NCBI GenBank assembly: GCA_043228905.1
Contig: JBHGNT010000007.1
Coordinates: 1,922,001-1,986,000, forward strand
Direction: 5' to 3'
DNA from: Azolla caroliniana
Taxonomy: Eukaryota > Plantae > Polypodiophyta
DNA length: 64,000 nucleotides
Part shown: positions 10,647 through 23,156 of the stretch, in pieces
Layout: each line of letters starts with the position of its first letter
How positions within the stretch are numbered: position 1 is the first letter of the stretch
Made by a program: the position numbers and the translations under genes
The notes under the pieces: model-generated
The model's input: the letters and a program-made list of their open reading frames with translations, nothing else
Told to the model about the DNA's origin: nothing
The model's database searches: none

Positions 10647-13600
10647 CAACGTAATGACTTCAAACTATGATTCTATTGTATGTGCCTTGGAGATACCTCT
10701 CGAAGTGTCCCAATGATCCCACTATTTATTATTTAATATGCAACAAGTTGCCTAACATACGGGGAGCAAAAGATGGGAATTTCGGTCAAAAGCTATAATG
10801 ACACAAAGTTGTGCGATGGTAGCTTAAACCGTCCCGCCAATCACTTTAATCAAATAAATAGCATGTTTGTTTAGTTTACTGTCATTATCCAGTGTTAGAT
10901 AATTTAGTGTTAATCCAAGAGTTACCTTCGTGTCGAAATAGAGCTGGTAAAATTTACTTTGCCGCTTATAATGACCTCTAACATTTATTACATTATTGCC
11001 TTCATTTTCCTAATCCTAGCATGAATATGAGATTGGTCTTAGTTTTTCAATCCTTGATTAATCTAAAAAGTAGGAAAGCCCCTTTGGGCTTTTCACCTGT
11101 TTTGTACTTAGCCCTTGCTTCATTAGGTATACCCAGAATACCTTGTTGATTTAATAATAAAAAAGCATGGAAATGGCCTCTTCACGTGTTATACTAAACA
11201 AATTTATTTGTAGAAATAGTTTAGCCATCACTCGGTACATATGAGCACATGTAGCCACTTACTTTTACGAGGGATAAGTGGTGTTGAGACACATCCCTAT
11301 ATTGACATAAACACAACAAAACGAATGGAGAAAGTGATAAATATACAAGACGAGTACTACGAAAACAAAGCTAGAAACCTTGGCCATACATGAAAGTAAA
11401 CAAAAGCTATAATCTCTAACTTAAAAAAGAAGCTAATTGTAATTATTTGTACTAAATCATTGGGTCCTTCTATCCCATGCTCACACTTGTAATCCTTAAT
11501 CTTTTGTAAATTGTCGACTCTTATCCTCACTAAGGCAACTTGTGTTTGTAGTGGAACTCTTCCATGTATTGGTGCCCACTCTCCTCATACTTATCCAAAC
11601 ATGTAACATCTTTCATATGAATGTTAACCTGTGATATCCTAGGAATGCTATGGTACAAATAAGGCTAGTATAATGGCCCCTTCATTATGATGGTCACGAA
11701 TTGTAGCCCATAAATACATACAAAGGAACATGACACAATTCACAAATCATCCAATATATTGCACATGCCATGCAAAGGGACATTCATAGACCATAAATCA
11801 GCTCTATTACACTATATAGAGACAGTTGATAGCAATTGTAGGCTCAATCTATGTGTGCAATTGTGTCATATACTCACAAAACCACCTTGGTTCTAATTGG
11901 TTTGCTACGTTTTTTCTCTCTCCATCGAGTAAGTGGACTAATGATTATAAAAAATGTTGAGCAACTCCATACTTTAAAGGCATTTTATGTTTCTCAAAAT
12001 CTATTGATTCTTCAAAGCTTGATTGAAGTGCATAAGTTTTGTAACAAGATTTGAGTAGCCAAATCTAGAAAATGTCAACAACGTATTATTCAAGTGCGAT
12101 GTAATAAAATCCTAGGGCCTAATCCAAACCCCAATGATAAAATAATAGCAAAAACAACTACATTTGTAAGCACAAAATGGAACTCTTGATTTTGGCTTCA
12201 AACTCTCACCTCACGCACATTTGCTACGATGCACCTCAACTACACTTGTTGTTTCACTTTCTTGGTCATGTACATGTGTTATCATCGAGGAATTCTTGTG
12301 ACCCCAATCCACATGCCCCTCTACAACTATTACGTTGTTCAGTTCTTTTTTTTCATTTCTCCAATACAACAAATAGAATGTTAGATCCCTTTCTAAAATA
12401 TTGACTCCACTATTGTGTCACATGGGGTGTGAGGTAACTTATGTGGAAGTACAAGGAACCCTAAGAAATGAGAAAATAATAACTAGCACACGTGAGTTAA
12501 CACGAGTTTTTACCAAATGTCCTCTATTGGTATCAATCAAAGTGTAAAATATACTAAGTTTTCATACGAAGAAACTCACACCCTTGAATGCTTGCAATTG
12601 TCAAACACAATCTCGTTTCTTTAGTAGAAACCCGCACACGTGAATGACGACAAATGGGAGCATGTCAATTGGACGTGAACCTAGACATCAACTTATGATA
12701 ATTAAGGATATATGTGAAGTGAGCAACAAGCTATATCTTTGTGAAAAACTCAATCATAAGCATCTTTGCTAATATTCACGGCTTGATTACTTCATGTTTC
12801 ATAGGGCAATGGTATTGTTTTTTAACCTTGATTTGTGGAAAGTGATACGTAAAGCCATCTTTTAGAGCATTTTGTGAGCTCAATGATTTGAAACAAAATT
12901 GAAGAATCTTATGATGGAAGAAGAGGCAAACCTATCATTAAACTTAATTTCGTAACCTTAAGGCTACAACACAAAAGCTTTACAACTACATGTCATGTTT
13001 GAGTGTGTCATCGATTACATTTCCATATTTAATAAGGTAAGCTTGTGTACTTATGATCAATAATTTAGTTGAGTGTAATGGTGAGGATGATGTATAAAAG
13101 CAATTGTTTCATATTATGCTTTGGCAGGTAACTTGTCATTCTAACAGTTTGATCGAATTATTGAGGGAAGACAAAAAACTAACATATGTGCCTCGCGTTA
13201 TAAGAGTTTAAAATAATGGATATATGCATCCCATAAACTAATTGTAAGAGATGTTAGAAAGTGCATTAAAATATGTGAAAAATGAGAACTAACGAGATTC
13301 ATTTCATCCAAATGAGATAAAACAAAAGGGTATGATGACAATTAAAGAGGCATTTGGATGGGTTTGTTGTTTCAACGCAATCCCATGTCTTAAACTAAAA
13401 ATCCTTGACACATTGGTCTTGGAACAACGCTATTGTTCAATCAATCAATGTTGTGTCTTGAATAACACCATGCTTCTAATCATGGACTACAATGTTGGGG
13501 ATGAAATACATGAATAATGATCCCTCGGAAAATTCAATTACGTAATAATAGCATCAGCATGCAATGCTTACCCCCATGTTCGCTTACATGGACCATTGAG

Positions 13601-15529
13601 CAAGATGAATGGATATCATGTCCAATAATGCAAGCTCAATGATTATTTTCATTGTTGGAAATGACAAAAGCAATGACGCCAATGTGCATTCTGCATGTCA
13701 CCTATCCCCACATCATGTGATAAACATGAGTCGAAGTGGTAGATTTTAATTTACATAGTTAAACTAAGTCTCAATTAAAAGACGAAATATTATCAACACA
13801 ATAGCCACACAAAACTGATGAAAACATAAGCAAAAATGTATTTAGGGAGAGAACTACGGAAACAAAGACAAGTTGTATGCAAGGAAAATATAACATTAAT
13901 AGTTCTGAATTTAAAATTTCGAGGGGATTATTAAATGGCGAAAGGCACACTAATTGGGTGAAATTCTGTTATGGGTGTCACTTGATTAGAAAATTATCTT
14001 AGGGTTGTAAAGTTGTAAATTAACTCTACTATGTCCTACATACAAATGATAATGTTATGGACATCATATTGGTTAGATACATAATTGCCACATAATAGCG
14101 GACCAGACAATGACGGGTGAAATTAAGACCACTATTCCAAACTAGCACTTGATGGTCAAACTTCATGAATTTGAATTCTTTCGTCTAAACGAACATCAAG
14201 CAAGTGCACACTGCAACAATCCTTTACGCCTTCCTTGTGAATAGCAACAACTATGTTTTCTCTCTCCTGTAGCTCATTCATGCAAAAACAATAAGATGTA
14301 AAAAAAACAAGTGTTGAAGTTGGAGCTTGAAGCATCCGGTGAACATGGTCAACCTAAATGAAGCTCAGTAGCTATAGGAAAATATTGATTTATCTCAATT
14401 ATATCAATAATCAACAATAAGCCTTATGCCAAGACCACGTCACAGTATTCCTAATGCTAATCACACATAAGACAAGAAGCTCAAAAGGTATGCTTTCACA
14501 TCTCCCTCCCACTTATATCTATCTCACCATCTTGCCATGCTAAAATTATATGTATACCAACCTTCCTTTTATATATTGCTCGTAAGACAAAAAGCAAAGA
14601 GGCCTAGTTAAATGAAACTTACTTCGATTGCAAGTTGATTTTTTACTGTCCCATGCACGAGTGGAATAAGAACTTCTGGTCACACTACCAACGAAAAGAA
14701 AAAGTTCGGGTCAATGTTACATTTGTGAAACGGATATTTCCCTGTACGAACGAAGATTTCAGTTTCGGCTGTATAAATACATGATTAAAGGAAGAGGGGA
14801 AAAAAAGGCGAATTTCCATTCTGACAAAGAATGCAGCTTTTCAAAACCAAGGGGGGGGTGAGGGGTGTTATTGTATTGTGACTATTGATGCTGCATAGAA
14901 GATGTTCGAGAGGGCTTTGTGAATGAATGTGTATACCAACCATGTATCAAGAGATTGTTGGTGAGGTACTTGGTCCGTATGAGTGAAACCCTTGGTGACA
15001 AAACGCTTGGGGAGCTCATTGATCAGTCAGAGACAAACTCCCTCTAACGAGCTCCTTCTTTAGTCAATCGAAGATAAACCCTAGTCATGCCACTTGTGAT
15101 GGCACGGGTCGTGATGTATGTGTGTATGATGGGGGGGGGGGGGTGCCTCAAGGGCCCATGGTGTGGATTTCTAGATGAAGGGGTGTTGTGTGTGTGTATA
15201 TGTTTGTCTAATGATGCCTTAATATATGAACAAATTCAAAATACATATAATTAAAATGATTTAATCAATATAATATAAAATGTAAAAATTATTTAATAAG
15301 CATCTAAAGACTAATACTCAGATAATCCATAATTTTAGATTGGTATAATTTATAAATAAATTTATAATGTAAAAGAAATCATTTGTTTTTCAATGTAGTG
15401 ATAATAATTGTGAATTAAAAAAATCAATTTATCATTAAAAACTGGAGCTCAATTAGTACGTTCACGATATATATATATTATATATATACATATTTTTAAT
15501 GTTAATTCATTGGGAATTGCGAAAGTATG

Positions 15530-15910
15530 TGTGGGTGTGCAATTAAAGTGACGGTCAAAGGCCATGCTTTGACTGGAAAGTGCCGCGCCAATCTGACGGC
15601 TGGTCAACCGTCAAAGGGGCGATGGAGACCGTCAGATTCTCCGGATCATCCGGATGTCCCTGCCACCGGCTGTGGCCGGTTATGCCCCCTCCAGCTTGCC
15701 ACCTGGCGATAATAGAATGCTCGGGAGATGCGCCATGCTGGAATGGCGCCCGTGCCATGTCAGGACGAGCTCCACGTCGGCACAAGGAGTTAAATAATAA
15801 GCCTCTCCGGGTAAGGCCACGTCGTCCCAGACCCCACCACGTCAGCGATGGTGGGGATGCCACGTCACCTCTGGGTTCACCACGCTGCCATACAATCTGC
15901 TCTGCGAAAC
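15530..15910. promoter_or_regulatory. GC/CpG-rich island with clustered CCACGTC (ACGT-core) motifs; distal enhancer or TE core
   Basis: Sharp GC-rich block between very AT-rich flanks, with four CCACGTC copies at about 15772-15868. Confidence 0.35.
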
Positions 15911-18900
15911 GCATTTCAACATTTCAACAAAGACAGTTTGTTTTTTTAAAAATTATTTTTCTTTTCTATTACGCTACATTTTCAGAAATCTTAATTGTTT
16001 TGTTCTAATTAGTATTATTTTCCATTTTTAAAAGTACATATTTTGTTTCTCCAAATTCTTTTTGAAAATTTCCCGTTTCTTTTATTTTGATGTTATTCCA
16101 AATATAGGTGCTCAATTTAGTTATGGTGAAGCTCGCAGTTAAGTGCATTTCTTCCCAATTTAGGACGATTTTTTTTTGTCTCTCACTTTGCCAATTTTTA
16201 TCTCTATTCACATCTACAAAACAATTGGCTATGTTGTATTTTGAATTCTCGAGTATTAAAATCAGAAGCTAGTCGCTACTCTATTATAGATGCCTCAAAT
16301 AATAGGGAATTTTGTCAAATATCGCATGTAGATGTTTGTATGGCTTAATATATGTCGAAATTTCATACATTTAATTGGAATTGTTTTGGTTCAATTTATA
16401 AATATTACAACCCCACAAGGTCAAAGATCTTACTGCCATTTTAGTGAACCTTCCAAGATTGTATGGATTTTGATCTCTTCACCTTTTGTGAGATTATACC
16501 GAACAACATTCATTATTAAACACATCTTGTGCGTTTGTGAACTTGAATGATGTCGGTGCCACTTTTGCTTGAAGAAGGAAATGGGTTTTTGGGATCTAGA
16601 TCACTAATTTGCACTAGACTTAGCTTACTAACCAATCCAAAGTTACTGTGCCTTACAAGTTAAGTAGTGCCTTCGATGGCAGAGTTAGAAAGTAGAGTAA
16701 TATTCTCGGAATGCATAAATATTTATTTACGAGAATGAAGTGAGTGAACTTCGACCCATTCAACGAAGGAAGGAAATCTTTGTTGTGTGTTACGAAATTA
16801 AAGTGCTTAAATTATTACATGTTGATAAGGAGCTCCCATAAAGTGCGTGAGAGAACACGTCCTGACTCCTCATAGTGATCTATAATGAGTGGGTTTCTCT
16901 TTCTACAAAAAAAAAAAACAAAAAAACACACCATCTCATTTATCTCTAGTAGGGGCACAATTATATCATAACCCTAGGATAATTGGCATTATTTCCAATA
17001 GATTTCGAAAACGTGGTATTGTGTAATTGGCAATCATAAAAGTCTCTCCACACACGACTTCCATGACTTGTGGCCCAAACCACAAACAAACAAACATTTC
17101 CAAGGAGTATGAAAGCTTTCTTGGTGTCTTGAGACCTACATATAAAACATAGTTTCATTTGTTGATGTAGCAATAGATTTAGTTCAATATATTCAAATTT
17201 GACCAGATATGTGGGCCATCATGTGATAATGCTTTGATTCCCACATAAAATCTATCACTTTTGAGACATTTTCACATAGGGTTGTATTCCCAACATTTAT
17301 GTGCTAGGCTTTTCATTGGATGCCATTAAGCCTAATTCACCCAATAAAAAGTGAAAGAATGTTTAGTTGTTGCTTGTGAGCATCTCGTAACTCTAATATC
17401 AGTGAAGCAAGGTTGGTGAAAACTCTCATTGTGGTGGAACCATTCCTATAACTTTAACCAATTGGATGGTGTTCGACAACAAGGAGCTGTCTTTAGTTTT
17501 TTTCTTCACTTGCATTTCGATCTATTTTATGGTTTGGGGAAAGTGTCACTCACATATACACCTAAAATCCTTTGGCCTAGGCCCTAAATATAGAAGAACA
17601 AATCTTGTGTGTGTTGAGCTATACGGTTTATTGTATGTTGAAAGCATGAATGTGTTTGTTATGCACGAAATGTGTACTTGTACTAAATGAAGTTCAAAAG
17701 AAGCTTATGGAAAGTTAAATACATGTTTGAACCTCTTCTTGATGGTGGATTGACTTAAATGTTGCACGTTGTTTGTGGTATAATATCTAGTAATTAGTTG
17801 GGTTACTTAATGTTCATGTAGTTCAATGACAAAGTTGTGGTAAACCAAAAGAATATTAGAAGTGTGAATATCCCGATAATAGAACATTGTTCGTGATCCG
17901 TGGATTGGTTACACAACATAAGCAACTTACATCCATCATCAAACACATTCTTGTGTGTATTGTACCCATAACAAGTTTGGTGGAATATTCAAATGTATTT
18001 GACAAGGAAAATGATATGACCACTTGATGGTTTTAGAAGTTACGTATAGATGTGTTCCATAAGGTATACATAAGTGAAACCCTCATACATGCATTTGGTT
18101 CTTAATGCTTGTACCATGAAATTTCAATCACCTACCATGATACTTATTTCTTGTTTACCATTCAATCTACAAAAACCCATCACAAGGAACTTCATTGGTA
18201 AGATTGTGTTAATATCATGAGTTTATGACTATGTAACCCAATAAGGAGTTAAAAGATGTGAAGCATATTGATGCGAAAATGTACAAATCTCGTGGGGGAT
18301 TGTGTAGGCAAAATAAAGTGTGCGTCCCAAAGTTTTCTTAAAATTTAATACATTGAGTGACCATTTTTATGCATGGCATGTTATCGTGTTATTTTGTATT
18401 ATGTCATTATGACTTTCATTCTAGACATTTGCATTTTCCATTATGAAACTCTATCTAGTTACGCGATGTTTCTACCTTAGAATGGAAGCAATCAATTATG
18501 AGAAACCTAGAGGAATGTATGGTAAGTGAACAAAACTCGAGACAATGGAGTTAACTTCCACCTTGCACGAAACAACAAACAATGGGTTTGGGAACACATT
18601 TTAGGAGGGCCATTTGAATTCTGCAATGATGCAACATATAGTTTGCTATTACATATACAAGTAGAAGAGAAAGGGCATATATTATTCAAACATCCATGCT
18701 TGCACATTGTATTGAAACTAGCGTAAGAGAAACATGCAAAAGTTTTCGTTGACAAAAACGATGATGAACAATAATATATTCTTGTAAATTCCATCTAAAT
18801 TTTGATGAGAAAAATAGGTATTACACTTTGTATTATGTAATAAGAGCTATCCTAGTGTGAAACAAAATTATATGATGGAACTAATCCAATCAAAGGCAAA

Positions 18901-19903
18901 AAGGAACCAGAAACGATGAATGCAATTGGCGTGACATAATCGTCTCTATTGTTATTTTCATTGTATATTCAAGATTGTATAATGATCCAATGATAGGCAA
19001 AATGTAATAATTGCTTGATTTGGATGTGCTCTTGCCAGTGAGGAGCATATCATTGTCACGAAGTGAACAACTTAAAGAACATAGCAGGAGGGGTGTATAT
19101 GGTGTTTCCACTTTTTGTGGATGTTGCGGCTCAAGTGTTTACATTTGTGATATTTAGAGCACTTGAGTTGAAGGAGGTGGTATCAGATTGTGGATTCCAA
19201 TTTTGACCAATGATAACAATTTAGGACAGGGGAACTATTATAAGTGCTTACTAAAATAGAGTTCCTTCCCAACATATCATTTTCGTGGAGTGACCCAATC
19301 ATGCATTGAATCATATACATAAGAATATAATACTAAGGCTTTGTTTTAGATCACCTAGAGTTGAAAAGACATGAGAATACGTTCACAAAAGACATTAGAC
19401 AAAAAACAAATATTGTGTAGGCTACAAGGACAATGGACAAAAACCAAACCAAAATATACCATACCCTTATTCAATTCAGGCAACTGTTCGATGCTATGTC
19501 CAACTGTCCAAATGATTGCTTCTCAAGGGAGTGATAAGGCAAATGATACATCCACTTATTCTCAACCATTCATTGTGATTTGTATCTTCTACTGATGATG
19601 GCTTTTAGGATTCCTCTGTATTATGATTGTAGCTACGTGGTAAGTGATAGTTTAATGTAGAATGTGCCTGGGTTTACATCTCTAGTATACGTAAAATATG
19701 CATCCGATTACTTGTGTCCACTATAAAATGTAGTGATAGAATGCTTGCCATTCTTGACTTCACGCAACATCCTTAGCATTTGAACTTAATCCATCTAGTC
19801 ATCTCTCTCTCTCTCTCATATGTATATACTTGCATCAAAAGCACAACCTTATAGCCTCTACCAAACACCCTTACCCACTGTGCTACCGTGTGTTTTGTCT
19901 CTC

Positions 19904-19934
<31 letters not shown>

Positions 19935-20528
19935 ATCAATGCACAACATACATTGAGACAATGATGCCGACCCCAAGGCACGATTATGGTCTACACAAAC
20001 AATGACACATTTAGATGCTACAACATATAAGAAACCAAATAATGCAAAGGTAGGGTTAACCGAATTATTTATCTGTTGATTGGTAGGTAGCATGCAATGT
20101 CACGGTAGAGACAAGCTATGACAAGTGACGTTGCATCTAATGAATACGAGCTTCCATCAAGAAAGCCAAATGTAGCCTTACAAGCCATCGAAATGAGCGA
20201 CATGCAAGCAATCAGGTATCGAGGGGATGAAAGATATGTTATGCGATCAGAGGAAAGGTTCTATCGTGGGGCATCGTTTACACCCGCACACTTATGTGTC
20301 GGGGGGAGGGGGACGTTCACGTCTTTATGAGCTTGGTGTGAGAGAGGTTCTATTGTGGGGCATCTTTCACCCCCGAAGACTTACGTGTCGGGTCACGCCT
20401 TTACGAGGCGGTCCGTGTTTCGGACTGTAGGGCAGGGTCCAAGGCCCCCCCGCCCCCCCCCCCCCCCCCCCCCCACACACACACACAAACACACACACGA
20501 GTGGGTGAGATAGTGTTGTGAGGCGATA

Positions 20529-20756
20529 TGACGTGGTGTGTCAGTGTTGTGGGGAGGTGAGGGGGCAACACGTGCGAAGTTTGGCTTGGCACGTCATCGA
20601 GCCACGTCAGCTGGGACTCACCCCCTCCAGCAGAAACAAAAACAGTAAGAAAAGAAAAACAACGAGAGAGAGAAAGGAACAAGGGAAAGAAGAAACAAAG
20701 CGAGGGGGTTGTGACAGGTCATCCTCCGGTCAGCCGGTAGCCCTTGCCACGTCAGC
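20529..20756 (+). promoter_or_regulatory. bZIP-type ACGT element cluster upstream of the VQ gene
   Basis: TGACGTGG (20529), CACGTG (20569), CACGTCA (20590) and GCCACGTCAGC twice (20601, 20746). Confidence 0.6.
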
Positions 20757-20887
20757 GAGACAGAGGAGGGGGAGCTTGGCTGTCTGTGTGTGCGTGAGAA
20801 GAGGAGGTTCAAAATACGAGAAGAAGAAAACGCAAAACGCAAAAAAGCCGAAAGCCGAAAGCAAAAAGCAGAAAGCAGAAGCAGCGC

Positions 20888-21013
20888 AGAAGAAGAAGAA
20901 GAAGAAGAAGAAGAAGAAGAAGCAGTAGCAGAAAGCAGAAAGCAGAAGCAGAAACAGAAGAAGAAGCAGAAGAAGGAAGAAGAAGAAGAAGAAGAAGAAG
21001 AAGAAGAAGAAGG
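20888..21013. repeat. (AAG)n / AGCAGA compound microsatellite in the VQ gene leader
   Basis: Seen directly in sequence; it explains the spurious poly-K/E/F ORFs in the track. Confidence 0.9.
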
Positions 21014-21122
21014 ACGAAGGAAGAAAGCTTTCCTTCTTCATTTCTTCGTCTCTCTTGAAGCTGCTGCTTTTTTTCGCTTCATTCTGTCTGTCTGATTGAT
21101 ATTAGGGTTTTCCCCTCCTTCC

Positions 21123-23156
21123 ATGGCTGCTGGCACAGCGATGGAGTTTCACGATCGCAGGCTTTCCATCAACAAATCCTCGTCTGCAAAGATAAGCAAG
21201 CCTTCCACTTCTTCTTCGTCTTCTTCCTCTCCATCTCCTTCCTCCTCCTGTTCGCCATCGCCATCCCATCCCTCCTCCTCCGCTCCATCCCTGCTCAAGC
21301 GTGTCTCTGCTTCTCCTCCTCCACACCATAACCATCACCATAACCATAACCATAACCATAACCATCACCATCTCCATCCTTCGTCTTCGTCTTTCTCTGC
21401 TTCCGCTCCTTCCTTCTCTGCACCTGCACCTGTCCCTGCCCCTTCCGCTACCTCTCGACCTGTGGCCAAGGTCGTAAACGCAGATCCAAGTAGCTTCCGT
21501 CGTGTAGTTCAAGAACTCACAGGTACACATTCGTCTTCGCCTTTGCCGTCTTCGTCTTCGCCTTTTGCTTCTGCGACTGCAGGTTCTGCTGCTTCTTCTT
21601 CTTCTTCTTCTACTCCGTCTGCTTCTGTTTCTCCTTCTCCTTCTTCACCATCGCCATCGCCATCTTCCTCCACCTCTCCTTCCCATTCCCTGCAGTATAT
21701 CTCTGCGAACCACGCCCGGCCTCCTTCTCGACTGCAACGCATTGCTCCTCCTCCTCTTCGTGCAGATTTCAACAGAAATCAACTTCATCTTCCTCAACCA
21801 AACCAGATCGATCAACAACACCAAAATCAGATCGATCAACAACAGAAGCTCGATCATCTTCTTCAGCAGCAACATCAAAACGTTCTTTTCCATCATCATC
21901 ATCAGCATCAGCAGCAGCAGCAACAAGCTTTTCTTCATCAACCTTCTTCTGCTATGAATTCTTCGGCTACTTTCTTGAAACCACAACCGCAACCACAATA
22001 TCAACTACCTTATCTTCCCCCTCCTTCCTCACTAACCTCCAATTCTGCGTATAATCTCTCTAACAATGTGTCACAGATTGGAAATCCTAATACCAACCCT
22101 AGTTTTCCCCAAAGTCTACCCATGCTATCGCCACATCTCCTTTCTCCTCTGCCTGCTTTAACGCCAGGAGACAATACCTGGGCCAATCCGTTGGATTCTA
22201 TTCTTTCTTCCTCTTCTCCCAAGCTTCAGTCTTTGGAGACAGATTCTGCAGGAAACCATGCGTTGCCCAACGGTCATGATGGTCTCAAGGAGAGCTTTCA
22301 GAATCATGCTCAGGACCATGGAATTTCGACAGTTAATGATGTGAAAATTAGTAATAATAGTAATATGCAGACAGGCATGAGCATGGCTATGGTAGTGCCT
22401 CCTCAAATACAATCTACGACTGCCCCAAATCATTCCATGTCTACGCCAAATATGCATGTACAGAATCATAATTCTGTGTCTAGTATGTCGACCATTTCCT
22501 CACAGCATTCTTCTTCAGTTGTGCCGATACCTGTTCAGAATCATTCATTGGCTGTGGCGAATAAACCGTCACACAATCGAACCACGATTATGCAGAATTT
22601 TTCCATGCCTATGGCTCCTATGCCTTCACACAGTCAATCCATGGAGACTTCTTCTGCATTGAACCAATGCATAGCTATGCATTTACAAAATCCTTCAATG
22701 GCTATACCAAATATAGGTTCACAGAATCTATCTACGGGTATGCCTTTGCAGAATCGATCTATGGCAATGGCTATGGAGAGCTTGTTTTCACAGAGTCGAT
22801 CCACGGCTATGGCGATGATACCTGTACATGATCAACACAATCCACAGTCATTTCCATCTCTTCCTCTTGCATCGGATCCAAATTCATCTGCTAATTTGAA
22901 CTGGTCTCTTCCACCATGGTCACCTTCACCGTTTCTTTCTCCTCCATCTTTCTCTCCTGCTCCCTTTCCTTCCTACTCTCCGCCTTTCATCTCTTCCACA
23001 ACCACATCTCTCTTCAACAGATCGTCCAACACAAACTCTAATATTTACTCTAACAACTCCATTAATCCTTCGAATTCCTCCATTGTTCCGTCGAATACAT
23101 CCCCCGATTTCACCTTCAGAGGTCCCCCTTCTGGTTGTAACAATGTTCGACCATAA
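21123..23156 (+). CDS. VQ-motif protein (VQ9/IKU1-like group), 677 aa, intronless
   Basis: FRRVVQELTG matches FxxxVQxLTG. It is followed by RLQRIAPPPL and LSPLPALTPGDNTWAN, motifs resembling the VQ9/VQ14(IKU1) group. First ATG is at 21123 in CCATGG context; the track starts at an upstream TTG. Confidence 0.9.
   Translation: MAAGTAMEFHDRRLSINKSSSAKISKPSTSSSSSSSPSPSSSCSPSPSHPSSSAPSLLKRVSASPPPHHNHHHNHNHNHNHHHLHPSSSSFSASAPSFSAPAPVPAPSATSRPVAKVVNADPSSFRRVVQELTGTHSSSPLPSSSSPFASATAGSAASSSSSSTPSASVSPSPSSPSPSPSSSTSPSHSLQYISANHARPPSRLQRIAPPPLRADFNRNQLHLPQPNQIDQQHQNQIDQQQKLDHLLQQQHQNVLFHHHHQHQQQQQQAFLHQPSSAMNSSATFLKPQPQPQYQLPYLPPPSSLTSNSAYNLSNNVSQIGNPNTNPSFPQSLPMLSPHLLSPLPALTPGDNTWANPLDSILSSSSPKLQSLETDSAGNHALPNGHDGLKESFQNHAQDHGISTVNDVKISNNSNMQTGMSMAMVVPPQIQSTTAPNHSMSTPNMHVQNHNSVSSMSTISSQHSSSVVPIPVQNHSLAVANKPSHNRTTIMQNFSMPMAPMPSHSQSMETSSALNQCIAMHLQNPSMAIPNIGSQNLSTGMPLQNRSMAMAMESLFSQSRSTAMAMIPVHDQHNPQSFPSLPLASDPNSSANLNWSLPPWSPSPFLSPPSFSPAPFPSYSPPFISSTTTSLFNRSSNTNSNIYSNNSINPSNSSIVPSNTSPDFTFRGPPSGCNNVRP

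Noticed and set aside
20401-21095. Track ORFs with poly-K/E/F/L runs, and similar ORFs at 9238-9746 and 29210-29811
   Set aside because: They are translations of microsatellites.
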